DNA from: Octopus vulgaris
Taxonomy: Eukaryota
Reading direction: 5' to 3'
Assembly (NCBI GenBank): GCA_951406725.2
Contig: OX597829.1
Coordinates: forward strand, 49,414,001 to 49,478,000
Length of the DNA: 64,000 nt
The position numbers and the translations under genes are program-made. Below, piece after piece: positions 1 to 12,888 of the stretch (within the stretch, counting starts at the first letter, position 1; each line of letters opens with the position of its first letter). The notes beneath the pieces were generated by a model. It was not told the origin of the DNA. It was given only the letters and a program-made list of their open reading frames with translations, and did no database searches.

Positions 1-429
1 TTAAGAGGTCAAGCAGCAAGCTGGCAGAATCATTAGCACACCGGGTGAAATGCTGCTAAGCATTTAATCTGTCTTTATGTTCTGAGTTCAAATTCCACTG
101 AGGTCCACTTTGCCTTTTATCCTTTTGGTGGGTCTATGAAATAAGTCCCAGTTGAACACTGGGACCAATGTAATCAACTTACCATCCACCCCTGAAATTG
201 CTGGCCTTGTGCTAAAGTTTGAAACCATTATTGATAAATACCCACAGAGAGACACTTGCTTGACATGTTGACTGTCACAAGTGCCACCAGTGGTTCATTT
301 CAAGCTTCACACAACTGCCACATTGCACCACTGGTGGTACATTTTCAGAAGTTGAAAACATATTCTATTCTGTATCTTTGACATGGTTTTGAGGATATTT
401 AAATAACATGAGTACTAAATAAATGGTAA

Positions 430-765
430 AGACTCCCTTTGGTCATGAATGACCATGGGATTGCACCAAGAAAGTTACCCTTTGAGGTACAAGTCTGGGC
501 AAGGTTGTTTATGGAAGACCATCAGTTGCCCATGCATACCAGCTTCCCCTCTCTATGTCACCAATGTCATTCAAGGGAAAGGAAAAGGATGATTCGGCTT
601 GGCACCAGTAACGTTGCAATTCATTTCAACAGGTGAGTGAACTGGAGCAATGTGAAACAAAGTGTCTTGCTCAAGAACACAACACACAGCCTCATGCAAG
701 AATCAAACTCACTACCTCATGACTGTGAGCCTGATGTTCTTACCGCTGAGCCATTTGCCTTCACA
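430..765 (-). mobile_element. tRNA-derived SINE, degenerate (same family at 1720-2050 +, 34945-35185 -, 44845-45130 -)
   Basis: Shared blocks 'ggttgtttatggaagacc...gcccatgcatacc' and 'ctggagcaa..tgaaataaagtgtcttgctcaagaacacaac'; A/B-box head visible in the 1720 copy (tggctcagtggttagagc ... gagtttgaatcc). Confidence 0.75.
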
Positions 766-916
766 TGGTATTAAAGATTAATTATGAAACATTGTAAGAA
801 TGCAAAGAAATTCCATTTCCTTGTAATCAAACCGTATGTAGTGTGACCAGAAATACATGGCATCACTGGTAAGTTCCAGTAACAGACTATAGTGGTCAAT
901 GTGTTAAACCTTAAGT

Positions 917-1299
917 GGAGGCACAATGGCCCAGTGGTTAGGGCAGCGGACTCGCGGTCATAGGATCGCGGTTTCGATTCCCAGACCGGGCGTTGTGAGT
1001 GTTTATTGAGCGAAAACACCTAAAAGCTCCACGAGGCTTCGGCAGGGATGGTGGTGATCCCTGCTGTACTCTTTCACCACAACTTTCTCTCACTCTTACT
1101 TCCTGTTTCTGTTGTACCTGTATTTCAAAGGGCCGGCCTTGTCACTCTCTGTGTCACGCTGAATATCCCCCGAGAACTACGTTAAGGGTGCACGTGTCTC
1201 TGGAGTGCTCAGCCACTTACACGTTAATTTCACGAGCAGGCTGTTCCGTTGATTCGGATCAACCGGAACCCTCGTCGTCGTAACCGACGGAGTGCTTCC
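917..1299 (+). mobile_element. Young full-length tRNA-derived SINE with 11-bp target-site duplication
   Basis: A box TGGCCCAGTGG, B box GGTTTCGATTCCC; flanked by AAACCTTAAGT at 906-916 and 1300-1310; near-identical copy at 60963-61342; older inverted relative at ~27185-27500. Confidence 0.9.
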
Positions 1300-2291
1300 A
1301 AACCTTAAGTAGGAAAATTTAATCAACCATCTGTATGGTTGATTAAATTTGCTTCTTGGCTTAACCCCCTGCCCTCAGTCCTTGAGTATTTTCGGCAGTA
1401 TCACTCTAGGCCCCTGCTTTACTCCCTTTCTTTTTCCCCCACCATCTCGGAGACTCTAAAAAAAATATCACAAGCACTGACCCTTTCTCTTGCCACTGGG
1501 CCATGAATATAACAACAAATAATGAATGCAACAAGAAAGAGGAGACACTTATATCCACATATGTTTCTTGATATGCTTGTTTTGAGTCACATTTTATTCA
1601 CCACCTCTACATGGTTTCCTGATCTGTTAGAAAGAGCAACCGAATCTCCTACAAATCTCACCTTACTATTTATAAAAAGAAGGGCTTATCAGATTAGGTG
1701 GTCCTAATGTACTGTGTGTGAAGGAACATGGCTCAGTGGTTAGAGCATCAGGATCACAATCACGAGGTAGTGAGTTTGAATCCTGGACCGAGCTGTGTGT
1801 TGTGTTCTTGAACAAGACACTTTGTTTCACGTTGCTCCAGTTCACTCTGTTGTAGAAATGAATTGTAACATCACTGGTGCCAAGCTGTATCAGCCCCTTT
1901 GCCTTTCCCTTGGATAACATCAGTGGTGTGAAGAGAAGAGGCCAGTATGCATGGGTGACTGCTGGTCTTCCATAAACAACTTTGCCTCAGAGGGGAACTC
2001 TCTAGAGGCAATCGCTTGGTCATTCATAACAGAAGGGGGTCTTTACCCTTTAATGCACTGTGCCTAAAAAGAAGCTGAGACAATAATAAGGTTACACATT
2101 GAGAACCAGCAGTGTTGCTGGTAGTGGCAAAGGGGCTGAGCAACAGAACAACAACTAGTAATGGACTTCTTATTCAGTTTCCACAAATTTCAAATTCACA
2201 GAAATCCAAGAATACTGTGGAATACCAGGTACTATGCTGTACCCTATATTGAGTAAATAGACCCTGTTTTTGAAATTGGTTAATTTACATA

Positions 2292-2530
2292 CTATCTATC
2301 TATCCGCTCAGTCGAAGTCGACTCTCGGTTACTCGTTGGATCAGTATCCTCCAGTCAGTTCTATCCTGGGCCGCTTCTTCCAGATTGGCTATGTCCATTC
2401 CGGTATCACTCTTGATGGTGTCAAGCCAGCGGGTTCTTGGTTGGCCTCTTCCTCTCTTGCCGCTGACCATTCCTAGCATGATGTCCTTCTCCAGGGATTT
2501 TCTCCGCATAATATGACCGAAAAATGCCAA
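2292..2530 (-). mobile_element. RTE (BovB-like) LINE 3' fragment
   Basis: Translates FFGHIMRRKSLEKDIMLGMVSGKRGRGQPRTRWLDTIK...AAQDRTDWRILIQRVTESRLRL*, the typical RTE ORF C-terminus, followed by a short (GATA)n tail. Confidence 0.9.
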
Positions 2531-3363
2531 TCTTTTGTTCTATACTTTTTGAAGTGGACTGAGAGAGATTAAATAAGCTCTACTTCAGAAATGTATTAAT
2601 TTGTATTTGTATCTGTTTAAATAAAATCATGCTCTTTATTTTTTTTTGTTTAATTTTCATCCTATAAACATTATAATCTATAAATAGTACAATATGATAT
2701 ATTTTAAGAATTTTAAGTGGATTGATAAATATCAAACAGACCCAGCCTTAGAATTGTATTGATTTTATTTAACAGATATAGATTATTTTCATTATTTTTT
2801 TTCGTAAACGTTATACTGTAATCATGATAAAATATGATTTATTTCAAGAATTTTAAGAGATATCAATCAGACGAAGTTTTAGTATTAATTTGAATCTGTT
2901 ACATACAATTTAATTCTTTATTTTCATGGTTCATTTAGTTCTTTATTTTCATGGTTCGTTTCATATTCCGAGTATATACAGCAGGAGCTCGCAGTACGAG
3001 TGCACCATTGTATGAGTAATTCGCTATAAGAGCCAAGACTCGTGCAAATTTTTGTCTTCAAGTACAAGCAGAAACCATAGCATGAGCATGAAAATTGTCC
3101 CATCGTTAAGGTAATTCAGTTACTAAAACCAGTTTACATATTTCTTTTGCATTCTGTCCAGTGACTGGAACAAGTAAAAGACAAAAGCTAAAAACCATAT
3201 CAAAATTCACAATTCTACACACAGTTCAAAAATTGTGTGTAGAGTCTTGCAAGGTATATTTCTACAGTAAGATACCCTGCATATCATACACAGCATATAC
3301 CCAATTTGCATTCTCTTTTTTATAATTGTCACTTTACTTGTAACTACACATTTTCTTCTTTAA

Positions 3364-3582
3364 CCCTTTAGTATTTAAATCGGCCATATCCGGCCAAAAT
3401 ATTTAATCTGTTTTATGTTCAAACTGACTAGATCCAGCCTCTCACACCTACCCTACAATGTTATTCTACATTAAGTAATTACACCATCAAGATCTTGAAG
3501 ATATGAGATAATGCATGATTAATTCAAATCATTGTGAATTAATAAGCATTATGTTTGATAGAATAATCAGAACACTAAAGGG
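3364..3582. mobile_element. piggyBac-like MITE (TTAA TSD, CCCTTTAG...CTAAAGGG termini); internally deleted inverted relative at 32212-32369
   Basis: TTAA|CCCTTTAGT ... ACTAAAGGG|TTAA. Confidence 0.75.
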
Positions 3583-3879
3583 TTAAAACCCATATAAAAA
3601 TATTTTTGAGTGGTTTTTGTGGGGCTGAGATGGATTAATTATATTTTAGTTAATTACAATGGGGAAAATTGATTTGTAAAATGAGTAAATTCTAAGATGA
3701 GCTCAGTCATGGAACGAATTAAACTTGTATTGTGAGGTATCACTGTGTTTAGATTGTCACCAGAAAATCAGGAAGTTCAGAAACCTAAGGAAATTCTGGT
3801 CCAAAGCTTGGCAAATACTTGGTCTAGTACAATGTAAATAATTTTCTCTAGTATATGGTTCCTATTTTAAAAATTGTTT

Positions 3880-4270
3880 CATCATCATTCATTGTCCATG
3901 CTGGCATGGGTCGGACGGTTTTGACTGGGCTGGCACACTGGAAGGCTGCACCAGGATCCAGTCTGATTTGGCATGGTTTTCAATGGCTGGATGCCCTTCC
4001 TAACACCAACCACACTTTCTATGTGCCACTGGCACAGGTGCCATTTACATGACACTGGAATCTGCCACAACTGCAATTTTGCTTGGCTTGATGGGTCTTC
4101 TTCTCAAGCATGACATGATGCCAAAGGTCTTGGTCATTACCTTCGTGAGGCCTAACACTCAAAAGGAACTCAACCACTTCGCGTCTGTGAGGCCCATTTG
4201 AAAAAAGCTAAGCCACCTCGCCTCCAAGAGGCCCAACACTCGTAAGGAACTCAGCCACTTTGCTTCCATT
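3880..4270 (-). mobile_element. Non-autonomous retroposon with (TGA)n tail, degenerate; family also at 6357-6560, 9448-9870, 10925-11347, 22323-24290, 26865-27175, 36715-37055, 38191-38615, 39517-39890, 44445-44655
   Basis: Shared core 'ccatgctggcatgggttggacgg ... ggctgcaccagg ... ctggatgcccttcctaacgccaaccac' next to (CAT)n/(TGA)n. Confidence 0.8.
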
Positions 4271-4799
4271 TGAAATAGGGATCATGTGATTGCTGAGCTC
4301 TTCAGGAATCAGAACACTGGACAACAACGCCTCCTACACCAAAAACAAAACACACGCAGAACCAAAATGCCAATAAGAAAGAAGAAACAAAATAAAAAAA
4401 AAAGCATTTTATTCTGGTTCTGTGAAATGGCAGATGCTAGATAAATTCTATCAGCATATTTTTTGTGCTAGACTGGTGAGTTTCTTTCGTTCTAAACAAA
4501 CAACTGGCCAGCATGGTGCCCCTGTGTCTGGTTACTCAAATAAAGTCACACACACCCGCCCCTCCCCACCCCCCGGCTGAAACTGTTCGAAATCAATGAC
4601 AAGGACACTGATGATAATACTACCACCATCACCACCACCACCAACACCACCACCACCAAGGACAAACATTAACAGCAGCAGCAGCAGCGGCAACAATAAC
4701 AAGTACATCAATATATAGTTGTAACTTGACCAGTACCTTGTGAGAGAAAATTCATAGGCAGAAAGTAGAAATCTCTTGTGTGTGTATGTGTATATATTT

Positions 4800-5232
4800 A
4801 TAGAGAGAAGGGGAGAGAAGGGGGAGGGAGAAAAGGAGAGGGTGGGAGAGAGAAAGATAGAGAGAGGGAGATAAAAGGGAGAAAGAGAAAAAGAGAGAGA
4901 GAGAAAGACAAGTGGGGGAGAGAAAGAGAGAGGGAGGGAGGAGGGAGAAAGAGAGAAGAGGGAGAGAGAAAGAGAAGAGAGAGCAGGGAGAGAGAGTGGG
5001 AGGGAAAGAGAGAGAGGGGGCAGTGAGAGAGAGGGGAAGAGAAAGAGAGAGAGCAGGGAGAGAAAGAGAGAGCAGGGAGAGAGAGGGGGAGAGAAAGAGA
5101 GAGAGAGAGCAGGGAGAGAGAGGGGAAGAGAAAGAGAGAGAGAGCAGGGAGAGAGAGGGGGAGAGAGCAGGGAGAGAGAGGGAGAGAAAGAGAGAGAGAG
5201 AGCAGGGAGAGAGAGAGGGGGAGAGAAGGGTA
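4800..5232. repeat. Polypurine (AG-rich) low-complexity tract
   Basis: Almost exclusively A/G on the + strand, with a recurring gagagagcagg unit. Confidence 0.9.
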
Positions 5233-5261
5233 GAAAGTTAGACAAACAGAAATAAGATCAA

Positions 5262-5700
5262 TGTGTTTATCTATTATGTGTTCATCCATCGTTATCGATG
5301 ATGAGCAAGGACATCGCATGGGAGAAGAAGACAGGTCACAGTGTATCTGGCTGAGGCTGACTACTCCTATGCATGCTCAGAAGGATCTTCTGTAGGTCGG
5401 TCCCTGGTGGTCTGCCAGCACTGAAGGCAAGGAATTGGCCCTGGACTTGTATAGTTCCCGTTCTCTTCATGCTCTTGAAATCATGTTCTCTTCGTATGAG
5501 GTGGTACTTCTGTTGAAAGATTTTCACCAGGCAGGGCAATCTTGAGCTTGGGTTTCCCAGGTGTCGGATCGATCTCAAAGCTCTTCAGTTAGGTTTTCTG
5601 TGTGTCCTTGAAGTACTTTTCAGTCCACCTAGCAGGCATTTGCCTTCTGCCAGTTCACTGTAAAACAGTTTTTTTAGGGAGTCCTGTCTCAGGCACTCAA
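5262..5700 (-). mobile_element. Decayed RTE-clade LINE 3' fragment
   Basis: With frameshifts reads LPKKLFYSELAEGK..GG..KYFKDT.K..LKSFEIDP.TWETQAQDCPAW, matching the RTE C-terminal consensus. Confidence 0.8.
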
Positions 5701-7202
5701 ACAAGTATATTTATATCAAATACAAAATATGGAGTTTGGAGCATCGATTATAATTTGAGCATGGGTTGTGATAAATAACATGAACAAAAGCATACAGGGT
5801 TAGGGTCATATGGTTAGGAAGCAATCACATGGTTTCTAGTTCAGTTCCACTTCACAGCACTTTCGATAAATGTCTTCTGTTATAGCACCAGGCTGACGAA
5901 TGCCTTGTGAGTGAGTTTGGTAGAAAGAAACTGAGTCAAAACTCATTATGTGTGTGTGTGTGCAGTGTGTGTGTGTATGCATGCATGAGCAATGTGTGTG
6001 TGCAGTGTGTGTGCGTGGCGTGTGTGTGTGCAGTGTGTGTGCGTGGCGTGTGTGTGTGCAGTGTGTGTGCATGTGCGGTGTGTGTGTGTGCATGTGCGGG
6101 ATGTGTGTATGCATGTGTGGAGTGTGTGTGTGTGCTTGTACATATGGCGGTGCCCCAGCATGGCCACAGCTCGTGAGCTGAAACTAGATAAAATAAAATT
6201 AAAAAAATTTTTTAAATATGTGTTTTCACCAATGCCGCCACGCCACCACCATTTGATATCCAGTGTTGGTTTACTTACATCCACATGACATAGTTGTTCG
6301 GCAGAGAAGACCAATAGGATAAGCAAGAATCTTAAAAACAAAGTAATATATATATGGTCATCATCATTTAACATCAGTTTTTTTTTTCTTTTCATGCTGG
6401 CATGGGTTGGACAGTTCAACAGCAGCTGGTGAGCTAGAGGACTTCACCAAGTTCTGATGTCTGCTTTGGTACAATTTCCACAGCCAGATATCCTTTCTAA
6501 CACCATCCACTTTATAGTGTGTATTGGGTGACTTTTTTTTATGCAGCACCAACATCAGAAAAGTTGCAAGTAAATCAGTAAATCAGCAAGGTTGTAAGAC
6601 TCCCTCAATTGGAGATGTAGTACAAAAGTAGGAGACTTTACTGTGATGAGGGTTTAGAATATGATACGGCATGTAGAAGCATAATTATACATCTCTAAAT
6701 AACAATGCTGCACCCACCTCTAAAAAATTTTCAGATTTGGCTTTTATTTCTAGCAGTTTTGATGACCACATAGAAGTGTAGTAGGTACATGCATAAAACT
6801 GTTGAAAAGATGTTGATGTTGTTGACAATGACGATGATGGTTCTTTCCATTTCTGGCACAATGCCAGAGGAGGGGATAAATCAATTACATTGACCCCCAG
6901 TGCTCAACTGGTACTTATTTTATTAACCCTGAAAGGATGAGAGATAAAGATAACCTTAGTGGAACTTGAACTCAAAAAGTAAAGCACTAAAAGATATGCC
7001 ACCGAGCATTTTGTTTGACGCGCCAATAATTCTTCCAGCTTCTCACCATAATAATGATGATGATGATGATGATCCTTTCTACAAAAGGCACAAGGCCTGA
7101 AATTTGGTAGGCGGAGACTAGTCAATCACATCGACCCTAGTGTCTCACTGGTACGTAATTTATTGACCCTGAAAGAATGAAAGGCAATAATGTGCCTATA
7201 AT

Positions 7203-7621
7203 ATTAATCTCTTTATTGCCCACAGGGGGATAAACATAGAGGGGACAAACAAGGACAGACAAAGAGATTAAGTCAATTACATTAATCCCAGTGCATAACT
7301 GGTACTTATTTAATCAACCCTAAAAGGATGAAAGGCAAAGTCGACCTTGAAGAAATTTGAACTCAGAACATAAAGACAGACGAAATACCTATTTCTTTAC
7401 TACCCACAAGGGACTAAACACAGAGGGGACAAACAAGGACAGACAAACGGATTAAGTTGATTATATCAACCCCAGTGCGTAACTGGTACTTAATTTATCG
7501 ACCCCGAAAGGATGAAAGGCAAAGTCGATCTCGGCGGAATTTGAACCCAGAACGTAACGGCAGACGAAATACTGCTACGCATTTTACCCGACGTGCTAAC
7601 ATCTCTGCCATCTCGCCGCCC
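7203..7621 (-). mobile_element. tRNA-type SINE with duplicated 3' body and 15-bp TSD; family also at 15-225, 19400-19636, 41035-41250, 42700-42867, 54903-55290
   Basis: TAATGTGCCTATAAT at 7188-7202 and 7622-7636; conserved core 'gtcgactttgcctttcatcctttcggggtcgataaattaagtaccag' (resembles a conserved SINE central domain, possibly Meta-type; not verified). Confidence 0.85.
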
Positions 7622-7860
7622 TAATGTGCCTATAATTTTGGTGCATTAAGAACTGTAAGCAAAGATATATACAAATGGTTGAAGGAGATTGGAAAAGAAT
7701 GTCCTGTAGAGCTTCTATAGAAAATTTGCCTCTTGGGGACAGGAAAGATTACCAGGAGGGTCTTAAGCATTTAAAAGACTATTGAATGATTGCAGATACT
7801 TAAGGTAGTAACCTGTTACCCACATAAATTCTACCAGGAATAAGAATGAAGCTGAGTCAA
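7622..7860 (+). mobile_element. R4/Dong-like (RLE) non-LTR retrotransposon C-terminal fragment
   Basis: Reads VPII.GALRTVSKDIYKWLKEIG..CPVELL*KICLLGTGKITRRVLSI*, like the 'VPVVIGALG...LQK..LLGTA.ILR.VL' end of R4/Dong ORFs. Confidence 0.7.
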
Positions 7861-8943
7861 ATTAATGATAGTAATCCTTTTTACTAAAGGCAGAAGGTCT
7901 GAAATTTTGAGGAAGGGGGCTAGTCAATTGTATCGACCCCAGTGTTCTACTGGTACTTAATTTATTAACCCTTGGTGGAATTTGAACTCATAACATAAAG
8001 ATGGATTAGGCATTTTGCCAAGAGTGCTAATGATTCTGCCAGCTCACTGCCTTTGGATCAATGATAATGATAACCATAATACTAATCCGTTCTACTGTAG
8101 GTAAAAGACCTGAAATGCTGGGGGAGGAGACTAGTCAATTACATCGACCCCAGTATGCCACTGGTACTTATTGTATCAACCCTGAAAGGATGAAAGGCAA
8201 AGTCAGAACAAATCTATACCAAAATTCTTTTTTTTTGTTCTGATACGTTAACCATTCTTCCAGTTCATTACCTGAGATAATAATAAAGGTAATTAATCAT
8301 CATTATCGTAATGACAGTGTTGAAGGCAATAATAATGATGATGATGAGTGAATAATGTCATCAGCACAAGTGTGGCTGTCTGGTAAAAAGTTTGCTTCCC
8401 AACCACATGGTTCTGGGTTCAGTTCCAATGTATGGCACTTTGGTCAAGTGTCTTCTACTGTAGCCTTGTGCTGACTGAAGCCTTGTGAGTGGATTTGGAA
8501 GATGGAAACTGAAAGAAGGCCACTGTGTGTGTGTGTATGTTCCACCACCACCACCACCACCACCACCAATTGGGAAGTCATGTTAAGGTTTTTTTTTACA
8601 TCTCTGTAACTTAGCACTTTGGCAAAAGAGATTGACAGAGACAGCAAATTTACAAAATCTTTTCAGTCACAAACAAAGGAGAGTAAAATTTTTTACAGAT
8701 TTGGTTGTTGTTTCTAGCAGTTTAGATGACCACATAAAAGATGCTACATTGTCAACAATGACCACCACTACTACTACTACCACCATCACTACCATTGTTA
8801 CTACCTCTATTTTCCGTTTTAATAACTCTGTTAAAATCTGCAACACCTTATTATCTTTCCGGCAGTTCCATTTCAAGAAATTGTAGATTCTTGTCTCCGT
8901 TACATTGTGAAATATCGTTTCCGTCATTTTAATTAGTTTTCAC

Positions 8944-11845
8944 GGTACTTGTCAATTGTCGTGGTCCCGGTTTTGCACACGCGAATTCGCGCGCGCGCGC
9001 GCGCCAGACGTAGGTACTCGATACTCGAGATCCTACGAGGTGACTTGCGCATGCGCAGTGCAGAATTCGCGCGTGCGCGTTAAACCCCCCCCCCTAAAAA
9101 AAAAAAGGTGTTGGATTTCACTAAAAATATATGTGTGTGTGTGTGTGTGTGTGTATATATAACATTTTCAATTTTACACAAAAAAAATTACATAGTCGCT
9201 TTCCTCGCGGATTTACAGAGAAATGAATTAATTACTATTTTACAGAATAAAATTAATGAATTAATTATATAAATTAAATAATTCTTGAAAATTAATTAAT
9301 ATTAATAATATTTTTTGAACAAAGTAAATAATTTATAAAACTTGGTTAATAATTTTTTTTACACAAACGCGAACGTATATAATTTGTGAAACTTTTTTTT
9401 TTTTACAGACGTATATAATTTGGTAAACTTAATGAATTAATTTCTTATCATCATCATCATCGTTTAACGTCCGTTCTCCATGCCAGCATGGGTTGGACGG
9501 TTCGACCGGGGATCTGGGAAGCCAGAAGGCTGCACCAGACTCCAGTCTTATCTGGCAATGTTTCTACAGCTGGATGCCCTTCCTAACGCCAACCACTCCG
9601 AGAGTGTAGTGGGTGCTTTTTACATGCCACCCGCACAGGTGCCAGGCGAGGCTGGCAACGGCCACGGTCGGATTGGTGCCAGTCGAGGCGGCTCTGGCAT
9701 CGGCCACGATTCGGATAGTGCTTTTTACGTACCACCAGTCCAGGGGTCCTGGCATTTGCCGGGTGCCACACTTGCCCCAACATGTCTTCGCAAGCAAAGG
9801 GGGTTGGCATGGGTGCCTGTCGTGGGATGAGGTTCGATATCAACTTCGCTTGCCTCAACAGGTCTTTGTGTATAAATGTATAAATTTTTCGCACTAAATT
9901 CTTTCCGTAGAATTTATAAAAAAACGCGCAAAATTATTCCGTAGACTTTATCAAATTAAAAAACGCAAAATTAATATATTTTTTGAAATTGCAAATTATT
10001 TAGAATATAAAACAAATTAAGTTAAATTTTAAAAATAAATGTCATATACTTATACTCTGTAAGGTGCTGTGTTCACACTTCAATTTACTATTTTCTAGAA
10101 ATGTTGCTTTTCTAATTGAAACAATTTTTCTCAATCTCCATTTAAAAGTCCATAATGCCTCTTGAGCCATATCAAAATGAACAACTTTGAATTACCCGGT
10201 GGTGGTGGTGTGAGGTTCTAATTTTTTTTTCTGATCTCTCTTTGCCCCCCCCCTAGATGGAGGTGTGGTGGGGAGACAGATGAAAGATGTTTCATTCTCT
10301 ACTATATATGTATATATATATCTATATCTATATCTATACATATATATATTTCTTAAACCTACACGATATAGTCTATAAATTTGGGATGTTTTTGAAAGAT
10401 AATATATTTTGTCATCAGAATATATATACTTTCTCACACTACAATTAAGATATATTTATTTTAAATCGTTCATCTTTTCCCGCGACAACAAAAATTGGGC
10501 GCGAAAATTTTTCTAAATATTAGCTGAATGAACAACTGAGATAAAGAGGGGGCAAAGAGATCAGAAAAAAAATTAGAACCTCACACCACCACCACCGGGT
10601 AATTCAAAGTTGTTCATTTTGATATGGCTCAAGAGGCATTATGGACTTTTAAATGGAGATTGAGAAAAATTGTTTCAATTAGAAAAGCAACATTTCTAGA
10701 AAATAGTAAATTGAAGTGTGAACACAGCACCTTACAGAGTATAAGTATATGACATTTATTTTTAAAATTTAACTTAATTTGTTTTATATTCTAAATAATT
10801 TGCAATTTCAAAAAATATATTAATTTTGCGTTTTTTAATTTGATAAAGTCTACGGAATAATTTTGCGCGTTTTTTTATAAATTCTACGGAAAGAATTTAG
10901 TGCGAAAAATTTATACATTTATACACAAAGACCTGTTGAGGCAAGCGAAGTTGATATCGAACCTCATCCCACGACAGGCACCCATGCCAACCCCCTTTGC
11001 TTGCGAAGACATGTTGGGGCAAGTGTGGCACCCGGCAAATGCCAGGACCCCTGGACTGGTGGTACGTAAAAAGCACTATCCGAATCGTGGCCGATGCCAG
11101 AGCCGCCTCGACTGGCACCAATCCGACCGTGGCCGTTGCCAGCCTCGCCTGGCACCTGTGCGGGTGGCATGTAAAAAGCACCCACTACACTCTCGGAGTG
11201 GTTGGCGTTAGGAAGGGCATCCAGCTGTAGAAACATTGCCAGATAAGACTGGAGTCTGGTGCAGCCTTCTGGCTTCCCAGATCCCCGGTCGAACCGTCCA
11301 ACCCATGCTGGCATGGAGAACGGACGTTAAACGATGATGATGATGATAAGAAATTAATTCATTAAGTTTACCAAATTATATACGTCTGTAAAAAAAAAAA
11401 AGTTTCACAAATTATATACGTTCGCGTTTGTGTAAAAAAAATTATTAACCAAGTTTTATAAATTATTTACTTTGTTCAAAAAATATTATTAATATTAATT
11501 AATTTTCAAGAATTATTTAATTTATATAATTAATTCATTAATTTTATTCTGTAAAATAGTAATTAATTCATTTCTCTGTAAATCCGCGAGGAAAGCGACT
11601 ATGTAATTTTTTTGTGTAAAATTGAAAATGTTATATATACACACACACACACACACACACATATATTTTTAGTGAAATCCAACACCTTTTTTTTTGGGGG
11701 GGGGTTTAACGCGCACGCGCGAATTCTGCACTGCGCATGCGCAAGTCACCTCGTAGGATCTCGAGTATCGAGTACCTACGTCTGGCGCGCGCGCGCGCGC
11801 GAATTCGCGTGTGCAAAACCGGGACCACGACAATTGACAAGTACC
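8944..11845. mobile_element. Non-autonomous Mutator-like/foldback DNA transposon, ~1.3-kb TIRs, 9-bp TSD
   Basis: AGTTTTCAC at 8935-8943 and 11846-11854; termini GGTACTTGTCAATTGTCGTGGTCCCGG / CCGGGACCACGACAATTGACAAGTACC; arms ~8944-10249 and ~10548-11845 nearly identical (mirror ORFs in the track); ~300-bp spacer; no transposase. Confidence 0.92.
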
Positions 11846-12468
11846 AGTTTTCACATTGTATAGATGTAATTATATATTTGTAGGTATCGAACAGAACAAA
11901 CGCTGGTAAATTGCAATACATTCAAAAACTGACAATCAATCTTCAACGCTACAGAGCACACGAGCAGCAAATGACAAAAGACGGCTACGATGTAGAACGA
12001 CACCAGATTTGACATTGATTGGAAGATAAAAATTTTAATATATCTCTTATTGATTTATAAAAATCTCCTTGTGGCATTTCTCCTTTAGTACTAACTGACC
12101 TTCTTCATATTAAAAGTCTTGTCTACTTTAAACCTTAAGATAGCATCATTTTCATCATCCTCATTACCGTTATCCGTTGACAAATGAGAGAGAGAGAGAG
12201 AGAGATTTATCCTTTTATGGCACAATAAATATAACCTTTCTGGTGATCTCTAATGATCAAGTTTAATTGATATATCTGGTCACTTCAGTAAATACATTTT
12301 ATTTTAAACTTTGCGCTTCGTAAACTCAAGTAGAACATCCAGCACAAGTCATTCGCTTCGTATGTGGCTGTGCGGTTTCTTGTTTGTAAACATTAATGAC
12401 TTGTAGGGACGACGTAGCATTTCGTTACGCAACCATGATATTCTACATGATATTCTATAATATTCTAT

Positions 12469-12635
12469 AGGTGCAGGAGTGGCTGTGTGATAAGTAGCTT
12501 GCTTACCAACCACATGGTTCTGGGTTCAATCCCACTGCGTGGCACCTTGGGAAAGTATCCTTCTACTATAGCCTCGGGCCAACTAAAGCCTTGTGATTGG
12601 ATTTGATAGAGGGAAACTGAAAGAAGCCCGTCGTG

Positions 12636-12666
<31 letters not shown>

Positions 12667-12888
12667 GTGTGTGTGTGTGCGTGTGTTTGTGTTTGTCCCC
12701 CCCCCCAACATCGCTAGGCATACGGTGCTGGTGTGTTTACGTCCCCATAATTTAGCAGTTCGGCGAAATAAACCGATAGAATTAGTACTAGGCTTACAAA
12801 GAATAAGACCTGGGGTCGATTTGCTTGACTAAAAGGCGGTGCTCCAGCATGGCCGCAGTCAAATGACTGAAACAAGTAAAAGAGTAAG
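12469..12888 (+). mobile_element. Octopus-type tRNA-derived SINE with central (TA)n(TG)n; family also at 13385-13750 +, 20190-20617 -, 27601-27985 +, 38655-39030 -, 43465-43868 -, 55400-55837 +, 57178-57530 +, 58174-58563 +
   Basis: Head 'ggcgcaggagtggctgtgtggtaagtagcttgcttaccaaccacatggttccgggttcagtccc' (A/B boxes); tail 'ggcggtgctccagcatggccgcagtcaaatgactgaaacaagtaaaagag'. Confidence 0.9.

Noticed and set aside
917-990. tRNA genes at SINE heads (also 19688, 60963 and others)
   Set aside because: A/B boxes are present but there is no complete cloverleaf/acceptor stem; they continue into SINE bodies.
4270-4320. Minus-strand CTGAAGAGCTCAGC as a hammerhead core
   Set aside because: No GAAA/NUH downstream.
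8667-8927. ORF interrupted by the foldback element (joined with 11855-11921)
   Set aside because: The rejoined sequence gives no continuous frame or recognisable domain.
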